This document shows positions 11,853 through 24,700 of a stretch of DNA of 64,000 nucleotides, one piece after another. The notes below the pieces were generated by a model. It saw nothing but the letters and a program-made list of their open reading frames with translations, was not told the DNA's origin and did no database searches. The number at the start of each line of letters is the position of its first letter. The stretch's first letter is position 1. The DNA lies in NCBI GenBank assembly GCA_964016885.1, contig OZ024741.1, positions 174,406,001-174,470,000 on the forward strand. The letters run 5' to 3'. The translations under genes were made by a program, and so were the position numbers. This DNA is from Eledone cirrhosa. Taxonomy: Eukaryota.

Positions 11853-11929
11853 TGGGTTGTCAAGTATAAAAGTTGTCGAAATTTGTAGTAAAAAACCAAT
11901 TTCTACAAATCTCATACTTGACAACCCAA
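11852..11929. mobile_element. 78-bp Tc1/mariner-type MITE (MADE1-like architecture)
   Basis: 32-bp TIRs ttgggttgtcaagtataaaagttgtcgaaatt / aatttctacaaatctcatacttgacaacccaa (outer 16 bp perfect), flanked by TA, inserted at the end of a (TA)n run. Confidence 0.8.
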
Positions 11930-12816
11930 TATACAAAATTAAATGAATAAACAATGTTGTCTCTGATCGAGACAAAGCAAAAATATATTATTTGAATTCA
12001 TAGAAAAATGAGAAAACTCATCGCTAGAACTGCTGTTAAAACAGGTAAATGCTGTCAATGACAGCGACGGACAAAAATACCTCAGATGATAGTGACCAGC
12101 GGCCAGTGGTTGGCAGAGAGATAATCCATGAGGTGGGTGACAGGCAGATGAAATATAGAAAAGATTGAGTGAGGAGGGGGACAAGGAGATGTGTGTTGGT
12201 GTACAGAAGTGGCTGGAAGAAGGGAATAAAGAAAGGCGATGTACAAGATAAGTTCACATACACATCTTCACCCTCATCAGCTACCAAACCAGAAAATGGT
12301 TTCGCATGATTTAATAATTGGGAGTACCATTTTAAAATGCTGGATCATGCAACAGGAAAATAAATCTTTCTGCTGGTATGATGTGTGTGTGATAAAACAA
12401 ACAGCACAGATAGAAGGAAAAAGACAACAATGTTTATTCAATTATCTTTATCAAAGCTATGATTAACTTTCTATTTAGGACAGACACTACTGCTTGAGGT
12501 CCACTATTCCATTATTTTATTTTATTTGTCTTCTTTCGTCTTACTATCTGTTTTGTTTGTTTTCTTCAATTTAAATATTTATGGTCTACTGTCATCCCTG
12601 TCTTTAACAGCAAGAATTTTAAACTTTCGAAGACCTTTTTGATTGTTTTGAATCCCTATTTACTGTAGACATCAAGCACACATTCAGCTTTTCACACCTT
12701 ACCAAAATTAATAGTGAAATATTTCATTATAATCCCTCACCCACACACGCACACACTTACAGAAGATCCCGTCAAGGGTGAAAGCAGCGATTCTTTGCTT
12801 ACACTTTAATCTGCTA

Positions 12817-12855
<39 letters not shown>

Positions 12856-12858
<3 letters not shown>

Positions 12859-12994
12859 TTTTAATATAGATGAGATTCTACAGGACTAGAACTGTTTCAT
12901 TTTTTAGAAATCATCAGAAATCTCAGAGATTCCTGATGATTTCTAAAGAATGAAACAGTTCTAGTCCTGTAGAATCTCATCTATATTAAAACTT
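12856..12994. repeat. Near-perfect 139-bp palindrome (69-bp arms, 1-nt centre, 2 mismatches), probably an inverted Penelope-like element terminus
   Basis: Left arm aagttttaatatagatgagattctacaggactagaactgtttcattttttagaaatcatcagaaatctc is the reverse complement of 12926-12994 except at 2 positions. It sits between (TA)n tracts. Confidence 0.9.
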
Positions 12995-13056
12995 TTATAC
13001 TCTGCTATGTATTGAGTACCTTACCTACTGTGGTTACCTCTGATTCAACCCTGAAT

Positions 13057-13096
<40 letters not shown>

Positions 13097-13134
13097 ATAA
13101 AGGATAATGATCCCATAACTCTTTGTGGAGTCAT

Positions 13135-13228
13135 AGAGGCATTTGAACTCAGAGCGTGCAATGAGGTGGGACAAATGCCGTAAAGCATTCTATTCGAAGT
13201 CTTAACGACTCTGCCAATTTGCTGCCTA
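13135..13228 (-). mobile_element. tRNA-derived SINE head fragment
   Basis: ggcatttgaactcagagcg...aaatgccgtaaagcatt...ctctgccaatttgctgcc matches the heads of the other copies. Confidence 0.65.
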
Positions 13229-13239
13229 TTATATGGCTA

Positions 13240-13750
<511 letters not shown>

Positions 13751-14269
13751 ATTAAAAGCTTAAAGGTTGAAATTGCATTAAAAAAAACTAGAAAAATAAG
13801 TTGTTTACTTGAGCAGTCAACGTACTGGGAAATAAATATATGTAATTCATAGTCCGTTGATAAATATCAATAAAATAGATATCTTGCAGTACTATTTCGG
13901 AATTTACAATATGTTAATATGCAATGTTTCCAAACCATATAGTTTGCGTCAGCAATCTGATCTAAAATTATCAATATAAATAAATAAATATATAAATGCT
14001 GTTATATTACTGTGAGACAAAGTTAATGTGTCTATAGAGAATGGATATTGTCGTTGCTTAAGTCCTGGGTTGGCCCTTATGGAGTAGACCCCCTGATCAT
14101 AGGTTTTCTAACTATGATCATTCTCTTTTTTGGGAGGTGGTTCCTGCATCAGTTTTTTTCAACAATGCATGCCAGTTTCCCTTCTCCATGCCACCAATGT
14201 TGTCCAAGGGCTTTCCCTTGGCAAAGGCCAATACACTGTGGCACCAGTGTTATAATTCATTTTACTCTA

Positions 14270-14390
14270 TCTAAGTAAACTGAAGCATTGTGAAATAAAG
14301 TGCCTTGCTCAAGGACACAGTGCACCAATTGGTCTGGGAATCGAACTCAAAACTGCAAGTTTGTGAGCCCAACACTAACCACTAAGCCTT
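14270..14390 (-). mobile_element. Second tRNA-derived SINE family, 5' part
   Basis: Minus strand: ggcttagtggttag (A box)...gagttcgattccc (B box)...gtgtccttgagcaaggcactttatttcac. Confidence 0.75.
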
Positions 14391-14661
14391 CACTCCATAG
14401 CACAATAAAACCAAAATAAACCTCCAGCCTTATGAACCACTCAGCCCAAGAAACTTTTAAATTTATTATTAACCTGCTTCAACTACTCACTGATCTTAGG
14501 TTATTGTCCTTTTTATTATTTTTGTTTGTTTTGCTGAACATATATATATTTGCTGTGCATTCTTTCTCTTTTTCTTTTATACAGCTGCAAGTTCTTAGAA
14601 TGTCCAGCTTGTAATACAGATCTAATATAAAATAACATATTAATATCTCTTGTTACCAAAA

Positions 14662-14883
14662 CCCCTTAGCATTTAAACTGGCCGTATCTGTCCAAAATTC
14701 TTTCACCTCTTTCTGTTCAAACTGGCTGTAACTGGCCACTCATACTGATGTTAAGGTATTCTTCTCAAAATAAATAATATCAAAATCTCATCGATTCGAT
14801 ATTATGTGAGATAATTATGTAAGGTAAGCCTTTACCATGAAAATACAATAGTCTATATATAGAATAATGTAAATGCTAAGGGG
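14662..14883. mobile_element. piggyBac-like MITE (222 bp)
   Basis: Perfect 14-bp TIR ccccttagcattta / taaatgctaagggg. TTAA on the right (14884-14887); the left site reads aaaa. Confidence 0.7.
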
Positions 14884-14931
14884 TTAAGGAGCTCTAATAG
14901 GCTTATAAAAGATGAACTGTTAACTGTGCTA

Positions 14932-15034
14932 CTAATATATTGTCGACTTGGTGATTTGACTGGGCAGTGCGAAAATTTTCCAGTGGGCTTTACAATATGT
15001 CTGGACTTCAGTGGTAGTTCTTTCTTTCTTACAT
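14932..15034 (-). CDS. Candidate terminal exon (xCKKERTTTEVQTYCKAHWKIFALPSQITKSTIY*; alternative frame DVRKKELPLKSRHIVKPTGKFSHC...)
   Basis: Acceptor ttgacag at 15035-15036 is conserved with the cassette copies, and this is the best-conserved part of the paralogy. Reading frame is ambiguous. Confidence 0.3.
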
Positions 15035-15063
15035 CTGTCAATGTACGTTGTTCAATAAATAAT

Positions 15064-15189
15064 TGTTTCTACTTTTAGCACAAGGTCAGCAATCACCCAG
15101 TGTATTACTGGTACTTTATTTTATCGACCCCGTAAGGGTGAAAGGCAAAGTTAACCTCGGCAGGATTTGAACTCAGATCGTAAAGGGAC
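15064..15189 (-). mobile_element. 5'-truncated young SINE with 9-bp TSD
   Basis: ataaataat at 15055-15063 and 15190-15198. The empty site (gaataaataataat) is visible in the cassette copies. Confidence 0.9.
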
Positions 15190-15240
15190 ATAAATAATAA
15201 TTTAAAACATCACTGTTTGGTATCAACCTTATTATATATA

Positions 15241-15700
15241 TCATCATCATCATCATCATCATTGTTGTTGTTTTAATATCCACTTTCCCTGCTAGCAAGG
15301 GTTGGATGGGTCTACATAGACCAAGTCAGTACTGAAGCAGGGTTACTGACCTTCCAGACAAGCTGGGTACCTGCATCTTGCCTATGTATGGTTTCACATT
15401 CTACCGAGCGCACAAGGGAGGTTGTCATGTCTTTGGCACAGCTGAGGGTCCTTCCAGCCCTTTGTCTGGCACGCTTTCTGTGACTGGATGCACATCCTAT
15501 CACCACCGAATTTACAGTGTGTACTGAGTGCATTTATCGTGTAGATCACCAAAACTAGGGAGGTTGTCATGTCTTTGACATGACTGAAAGGTCTTCTCAA
15601 CCCTTTGTTTGGAAAGCTTTTTATGGACAGATGCCCTTTATATCAGCAACCACTTTACAGCATATACTGAGTGTGTTTATCGTGTAGATTAACAAACACT
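15241..15700 (-). mobile_element. (GAT)n-tailed SINE-like element with an internal ~141-bp tandem duplication
   Basis: (cat)n then aatatccactttccctgctagcaagggttggatgg. gggaggttgtcatgtctttg occurs at ~15416 and ~15558. Confidence 0.7.
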
Positions 15701-18700
15701 ATAAAATTTAACAAAAGCTATATTGGTAATCCCCAACTGTCAAACACATAGTCTTTCTTTCTTCAAAAACTACAGAAATGTTTCAAATCATAATTTTTTT
15801 TCCAGACACTATTGGTACCATTCGGTGTTGGCTACATTAACAGTGACAACAGTAACAATAACATTTTCAACTACAGTAACCGTATGAAACTGCACCAGTG
15901 ATGGCAGACTCATTTAAGAAAACAAAAAGCACAAACACACAGAAGAAAAAGAAAACAAAAAATAGGGACTGTCTCCAGGGTCTGGGTTGTATTGCACACT
16001 AGTCTATATAGTCACAGCCAGTGACTCACTACTCCATACACTCACAGCCAGTGACTTACTACTCTATATACTCTCAGCCAGTGACTTACTACTCTATATA
16101 CTCTCAGCCAGCAACACGCTACTCTATATACTCACAGCCAGTGATTTACTACTCTATATACTCACAGCCAGTAACTCTCTACTCTATATACTCACAGCCA
16201 GCAACTCACTACTCTATATAATCTTAGCCAGCAACTCACTACTCTATATACTCTCAGCCAGTAACTCACTACTCTATATACTCACAGCCAGTGATTTACT
16301 AATCTATATGCTCACAGCCAGCAACTCACTACTCTATATAATCACAGCCAGTAACTCTCTACTCTATAAACTCACAGCCAGTGATTTACTAATCTATATG
16401 CTCACAGCCAGCAAATCACTACTCTATATACTCACAGCCAGTCACTCACTACTCCATATACTCACAGCCAGCAACTCACTACTCTATATACTCTCAGCCA
16501 GTGACTAACTACTCTATATACTCACAGCCAGTGATTCACTACTCCATATACTCTCAGACAGCAACTCACTGCTCTATATACTCTCAGCCAGCAACTCACT
16601 ACTCTATATACTCTCAGCCTGTAACTCATTACTATATATACTCACAGCCAGTGAATTACTACTCTATATACTCACAGCCAGTAACTCTCTACTCTATATA
16701 CTCACAGCCAATGATTCACTACTCCATATACTCACAGCCAGCAACTCACTACTCTATATACTCACAGCCAGCAACTCACTAATCTGTATACTCCCAGCCA
16801 GTAAATCACGACTCCATATACTCACAGCCAATGACTCACTACTCTATATACTCACAGCCAGCAACTCACTACTCTGTATACTCACAGCAAGTGACTCACT
16901 ACTCTATATACTCACAGCCAGTAACTCTCTACTCTATATACTCAGAGCTAGTAACTCACTACTCCATATACTCTCAGTCATCAACTCATTACTCCATATA
17001 CTCTCAGCCAGCAAATCACTACTCTATATACTCGCAGCCAGTAACTCTGTACTCTATATACTCTCAGCCAGCAACTCACTACTCTATATACACTCAGCCA
17101 GCAACTCACTACTCTATATACTCTCAGCCAGCAACTCACTACTCTATATACTCTCAGCCTGTAACTCAATACTCTATATATTCACAGCCAGTGACTTACT
17201 ACTCTATATACTCACAGCCAGTAACTCTCTACTCTATATACTCACAGCCTGTAACTCACTACCCCATATACTCACAACCAGCAACTCACTACTCCATATA
17301 CTCTCAGCCAGCACCTCACTACTCTATATACTCACAGCCAGCAACTCTCTACTCTATATACTCACAACCAGTGAATCACTACTCTGTATAATCACAGCCA
17401 ATGATTCCCTACTCTCTATACTCTCAGCCAGCAACTCACTACTCTGTATACTCACAGTCAGTGACTCACTACTCTATATACTCACAGCCAGTGACTTACT
17501 ACTCTATATACTCACAGCCAGCACCTCAATACTCAATATACTCACAGCCAGCAACTCACTACTCTGTATACTCACAGCCAGTGACTCACGACTCCATATA
17601 CTCACAGCCAATGACTCACTACTCTATATACTCACAGCCAGCAACTCACTACTTTGTATACTCACAGCAAGTGACTCACTACTCGATATACTCACAGCCA
17701 ATGATTCACTACTCTGTATACTCTCAGCCAGCAACTCACTACTCTATATACTCACAGCCAGTGACTCACTGCTCTATGTACTCACAGGCAGTGACTTACT
17801 ACTCTATATACTCACAGCCAGTAACTCTCTACTCTATATACTCACAGCTAGTAACTAACTACTCCATATACTCACAGCCAGCAACTCACTATTCCATATA
17901 CTCCCATCCAGCAGCTCACTACTCTATATACTGACAGCCAGCAACTCACTACTCTGTATACTCACAGCCAGTGACTCACGATTCCATATACTCACAGCCA
18001 ATGACTCACTACTCTATATACTCACAGCCAGCAACTCACTACTCTGTATACTCACAGAAAGTGACTCACTACTCTATATACTCACGGCCAATGATTCACT
18101 ACTCTGTATACTCACAGAAAGTGACTCACTACTCTATATACTCACGGCCAATGATTCACTACTCTGTATACTCACAGAAAGTGACTCACTACTCTATATA
18201 CTCTCAGCCTGTGACTCACTACTCTATATAATCACAGCCAGTGACTTACTACTCTATATACTCACAGACAGTAACTCTCTACTCTATATACTCACAGCCT
18301 GTAACACTACTCCATATACTCACAGCCAGCAACTCATTACTCTATATACTCACAACCAGTGACTCACTACTCTGAATACTCATAGCCAATGATTCCCTAC
18401 TCTGTATACTCTCAGCCAGCAACTCACTACTCCATATACTCACAGCCAGCAACTCACTGCTCCATATACTCACAGCCAGTGACTCACTACTCTGTATACG
18501 CACAGCAAGTGACTCACTACTCTATATACTCACAGCCAATGATTCACTACTCTATATACTCTCAGCCAGCAACTCACTACTCCATATACTTTCAGCCAGC
18601 AACTCACTACTCTATATACTCACAGCCAGTGACTTACTACTCTATATACTCACAGCCAGTAACTCTCTACTCTATAAACTCACAGCCAGTGATTTACTAA

Positions 18701-21700
18701 TCTATATGCTCACAGCCAGCAAATCACTACTCTATATACTCACAGCCAGTCACTCACTACTCCATATACTCACAGCCAGCAACTCACTACTCTATATATT
18801 CTCAGCCAGTGAATAACTACTCTATATACTCACAGCCAGTGATTCACTACTCCATATACTCTCAGCCAGCAACTCACTTCTCTATATACTCTCAGCCAGC
18901 AACTCACTACTCTATATACTCTCAGCCTATAACTCAATACTCTATATACTCACAGCCAGTGACTTACTACTCTATATACTCACAGCCAGTAACTCTCTAC
19001 TCTATATACTCACAGCCAATGATTCACTACTCCATATACTCCCAGCCAGCAACTCACTACTCTGTATACTCACAGCCAGTAACTCACGACTCCATATACT
19101 CACAGCCAATGACTCACTACTCTATATACTCACAGCCAGCAACTCACTACTCTGTATACTCAGAGCTACTAACTCACTACTCCATATACTCTCAGCCATC
19201 AACTCATTACTCCATATACTCTCAGCCAGCAACTCACTACTCTATATACTCGCAGCCAGTAGCTCTCTATTCTATATATACTCAGCCAGCAACTCACTAC
19301 TCTATATACTCTCAGCCAGCAACTCACTACTCTATATACTCTCAGCCTGTAACTCAATACTCTATATATTCACAGCCAGTAACTTTCTACTCTATATACT
19401 CACAGCCAGCAACTCACTACTCCATATACTCTCAGCCAGCACCTCACTACTCTATATACTCACAGCCAGCAACTTTCTACTCTATATACTCACAAACAGT
19501 GACTCACTACTCTGTATACTCACAGCCAGTGACTTACTACTCTATATACTCACAGCCAGTAACTCTTTACTGTATATACTCTCAGCCAGCAACTCACTAC
19601 TCTATATACTCTCAGCCAGCAACTCATTACTCTATATTCTCTCAGCCTCTAACTCACAACTCTATATACTCACAGCCAGTGACTTACTACTCTATATACT
19701 CACAGCCTGTAACTCTCTACTCTATATATTCACAGATAGTAAATCACTACTCCATATATTCACAGCCAGCAACTACTACTCCATATCCTCTCAGCCAGCA
19801 ACTCGCTACTCTATATATTCACAGGCAGCAACTCACTACACTGTATACTCACAGCCAGTGACTCATGACTCCATATACTCACAGCCGATGACTCACTACT
19901 TTGTATACTCTCAGCCAGCAACTCACTACTCAATATACTCACAGCCAGTGACTAACTGCTCTATATACACACAGCCAGTGACTCACTATTCCATATACTC
20001 TCCACCAGCAACTCACTACTCTATATACTCTCAGTCTGTAACTCACTACTCTATATACTCACAGCCAGTGACTTACTACTCTATATACTCACAGCCAGTA
20101 ACTCACTACTCTATATACCCACAGCCAGCAACTCACTACTCTATATACTCAGAGCCAGCAACTCACTACTCGGTCTACTCACGTCCTGTAACTCACTACT
20201 CTATATACTCACAGTCTGTAACTCACTACTCTATATACTCACAGCCAGCAACTCACTACTCTGTATACTCACAGCCAATTATTCACTACTCTGTATACTC
20301 AGAGCCAGCAACTCACTATTCTGTAGACTCACAGCCTGTAACTCACTACTCCATATACTCACAGCCAGCAACTCTCTACTCAATATACTCACAACCAGTG
20401 ACTCACTACTCTGTATACTCACAGTCAATGATTCCCTACTCTGTATACTCTCAGCCAGCAACTCACTACTCTATATACCTACAGCCAGTAACTCACTACT
20501 CTGTATACTTACAGCCAGTGACTCACGACTCCATATACCCATAACCAATGACTCACTACTCTATATACTGCCAGCCATCAACTCACTACTCTATATACCC
20601 ACAGCCAGTAACACACGACTCCATATACTCACAGCCAATGATTCCCTACTCTGTATACTCACAGCCAGCAACTCACTACTATATATACTCACAGTGACTC
20701 ACTACTCTGTATAATCACAGCCAATGATTCCCTACTCTGTATACTCTCAGACAGCAACTCACTACTCTATATACTCACAGCCATTGACTTACTACTCTAT
20801 ATTCACAGCCAGTAACGCTCTACTCTATATACTCTCAACCAGCAACTCCTTACTCTATATACTCTCAGCCTGTAACTCACTACTGTATATAATCACAGCC
20901 GGTGAATTACTAATCTATATACTCACAGCCAGTGAGTCTCTACTCTATATACTCACAGCTACTAACTCACTACTCCATATACTCTCAGCCAGCAACTAAC
21001 TACTCCATATCCTCTCAGCCAACAACTCACTACTCTATATATTCACAGCCAGCAACTCACTACACTGTATACTCACAGCCAGTGACTCACAACTCCATAT
21101 ACTCACAGCCAATGACACGTTACTCTATATACTCACAGCCAGTAATTCACTACTCTGTATACTCACAGCCAGAGACTCACGACTACATATACTCACAGCC
21201 AATGACTCACTATTCTATATACTCACGGCCAGCAACTCACTACTCTATATACTCACAGCCAGTGAATCACTGCTCTATATACTCACAGCCAATGATTCAC
21301 TACTCTGTATACACTCAGCCAGCAACTCACTACTCTATATACTCTTAGCCTGTAACTCACTACTCTATATACTCACAGCCAGTGACTTACTACTCTATAT
21401 ACTCATAATGAGTACCTCTCTACTCTATATACTCTCAGCCAGCAACTCACTACTCCATATAGTCACAGCCAGCAACTCACTAATCCATATACTAACAGCC
21501 TGTAACTCACTACTCTATATACTCACAGCCAGTAACTCACTACTCTATATACGCACAACCAGTGACTCACTACTCTGTATACTCACAAACAATGATTCCC
21601 TATTCTGGATACTCTCAGCCAGCAACTCACTACTCTATTTACACAGAGCCAGTGACTTACTATTCTATATACTCTCAGCCACCAACTCATTACTCTATAT

Positions 21701-24700
21701 TCTCTCAGCCTGTAACTCACTACTCTATATACTCACAGCCAGTGACTTACTACTCACTACTGTATATACTCACAGCCAGTAACTCTCTACTCTATATATT
21801 GACAGCTAGTAACTCACTACTTCATATACTCACAGCCAGCAACTAACTACACCATATCCTCTCAGCCAGCAACTCACTACTCTATATATTCACAGCCAGC
21901 AACTCACTACACTGTATACTCACAGCCAGTGACTCATGACTCCATATACTCACAGCCAATGACTCACTACTCTATATACTCACAGCCAGCAACTCACTAC
22001 ACTGTATAATCACAGCAAGTGACTCAATACTCTATATACTCTCAGCCAATGATTCACTACTCTGTATACTCTCAGCCATTGACTCACTATTCGAATTACT
22101 CTCAGCCAGCAACTTAATACTCTATATACTCTCAGCCTGTAACTCACTACACTGTATAATCACAGCAAGTGACTCACTACTCTATATACTCACAGCCAAT
22201 GATTCACTACTCTGTATACTCTCAGCCAACAACTGACTACTCTATTTACTCAGTCCCAGTGACTTAATACTCTATATACTCACGGCCAGTAACTCTCTAC
22301 TCTATATACTCTCAGCCACCAACTAACTACTCTATATACTCTCAGCCTATAACTCAATACTCTATATACTGACAGCCAGTGACTTACTACTCTATATACT
22401 CACAGCCAGTAACTCTCTACTCAATATACTCACAGCCAATGATTCACTACTCCATATACTCCCAGCCAGCAACTCACTACTCTGTATACTCACAGCCAGT
22501 AACTCACGACTCCATATACTCACAGCCAATGACTCACTACTCTATATACTCACAGCCAGCAACTCACTACTCTGTATACTCCCAGCAAGTGACTCACTAC
22601 TCCATATACTCACAGCCAGTAACTCTCTAGTCTATATACTCAGAGCTACTAACTCACTACTCCATATACTCTCAGCCATCAACTCATTACTCCATATACT
22701 CTCAGCCAGCAACTCACTACTCTATATACTCGCAGCCAGTAGCTCTCTATTCTATATATACTCAGCCAGCAACTCACTACTCTATATACTCTCAGCCAGC
22801 AACTCACTACTCTATATACTCTCAGCCTGTAACTCAATACTCTATATATTCACAGCCAGTAACTTTCTACTCTATATACTCACAGCCAGCAACTCACTAC
22901 TCCATATACTCTCAGCCAGCACCTCACTACTCTATATACTCACAGCCAGCAACTTTCTACTCTATATACTCACAAACAGTGACTCACTACTCTGTATACT
23001 CACAGCCAGTGACTTACTACTCTATATACTCACAGCCAGCAACTCAATACTCTATATATTCACAGCCAGCAACTCACTACTCTGTATATTCAGAGCCAGT
23101 AACTCACTACTCCATATACTCACAGCCAATGACTCACTACTCTATATACTCACAGCCAGCAACTCACTACTCAATATACTCGCAGCCAGTGACTCAGTTC
23201 TCTATATACTCACAGCCAGTGACTCACTACTTCATATACTCTCAGCCAGCAACTCACTACTCTATATACGTAGAGCCAGCAACTCACTACACTATATACT
23301 ATCAGCCTGTAACTCACTACTCTATATACTCACAGCCAGCAACTCACTACTCTGTATACTCATAGCCAATGATTCCCTACTCTGTATACTCTCAGCCAGC
23401 AACTCACTACTCCATATACTCTCAGCCAGCAACTCACTACTCTATATACTCACAGCCAGCAACTCACTACTCTGTATACTCACAGCCACTGACTCACGAC
23501 TCTATATACTCACAGCCAGCAACTCACTACTCTGTATACTCACAGCAAGTGACTCACTACTCTATATACTCACAGCCAATGATTCACTAATCTGTATACT
23601 TGTCAGCCAGCAACTCACTACTCTATATACTCACAGCCAGTGACTTACTGCTCTATATACTCACAGCCAATGACTCACTACTCCATATACTCTCAGCCAG
23701 CAACTCACTACTCTATATACTCTCAGCCTGTGACTCACTACTCTATATACTCACAGCCAGTGACTTACTACTCTATATACTCACAGCCAGTAACTCTCTA
23801 CTCTATATACTCACAGCCTGTAACACTAATCCATATACTCACAGCCAGCAACTCATTACTCTATATACTCACAACTAGTGACTCACTACTCTGTATACTC
23901 ATAGCCAATGATTCCCTACTCTGTATACTCTCAGCCAGCAACTCACTAATCCATATACTCACAGCCAGCAACTCACTGCTCCATATACTCACAGCCAGTG
24001 ACTCACTACTCTGTATACGCACAGCAAGTGACTCACTACTCTATATACTCACAGCCAATGATTCACTACTCTGTATACTCTCAGCCAGCAACTCACTACT
24101 CCATATACTTTCAGCCAGCAACTCACTACTCTATATACTCACAGCCAGTGACTTACTACACTATATACTCACAGCCAGTAACTCTCTACTCTATAAACTC
24201 ACAGCTAGTGAATTACTAATCTACATGGTCACAGCCAGCAACTCACTACTCTATATACTCACAGCCAGTCACTCACTACTCCATATACTAACAGCCAATG
24301 ACTCACTACTCTATATACTCTCAGCCAGTGAATAACTACTCTATATACTCACAGCCAGTGATTCACTACTCCATATACTCTCAGCCAGCAACTCACTACT
24401 CTATATACTCTCAGCCAGCAACTCACGACTGTGTATACTCACAGTCAATGACTCACTATTCTATATACTCACAGCAAGCAACTAATAACTCTGTATACTC
24501 ACTGCCTGTAACTCATTACTCTATATACTCACAGCCTGTAACTCACTACTCTATATACTCACAGCCAGTGACTCACTACTCTGTATACTCGCCGACATCA
24601 ACTCACTACTCTGTATACTCACAGCCAATGATTCACTAATCTATATACTCCCAGCCAGCAACTCACTACTCTGTATACTCACAGCGAGTGACTCACTACT

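Larger units (their letters stand above)
14900..15750. other. Diverged paralog of the central part of the 730-bp satellite cassette, interrupted by two retroposon insertions
   Basis: gcttataaaagat.aactgttaactgtg...ccagtgggctttaca.tatgtctggacttcag.ggt.gttctttctttcttacatctgtcaatgt...atcactgtttggt.t.aaccttatta matches 34754-34950 and 57470-57665. Similarity resumes at ~15706 (tttaacaaaagctat). Confidence 0.9.
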
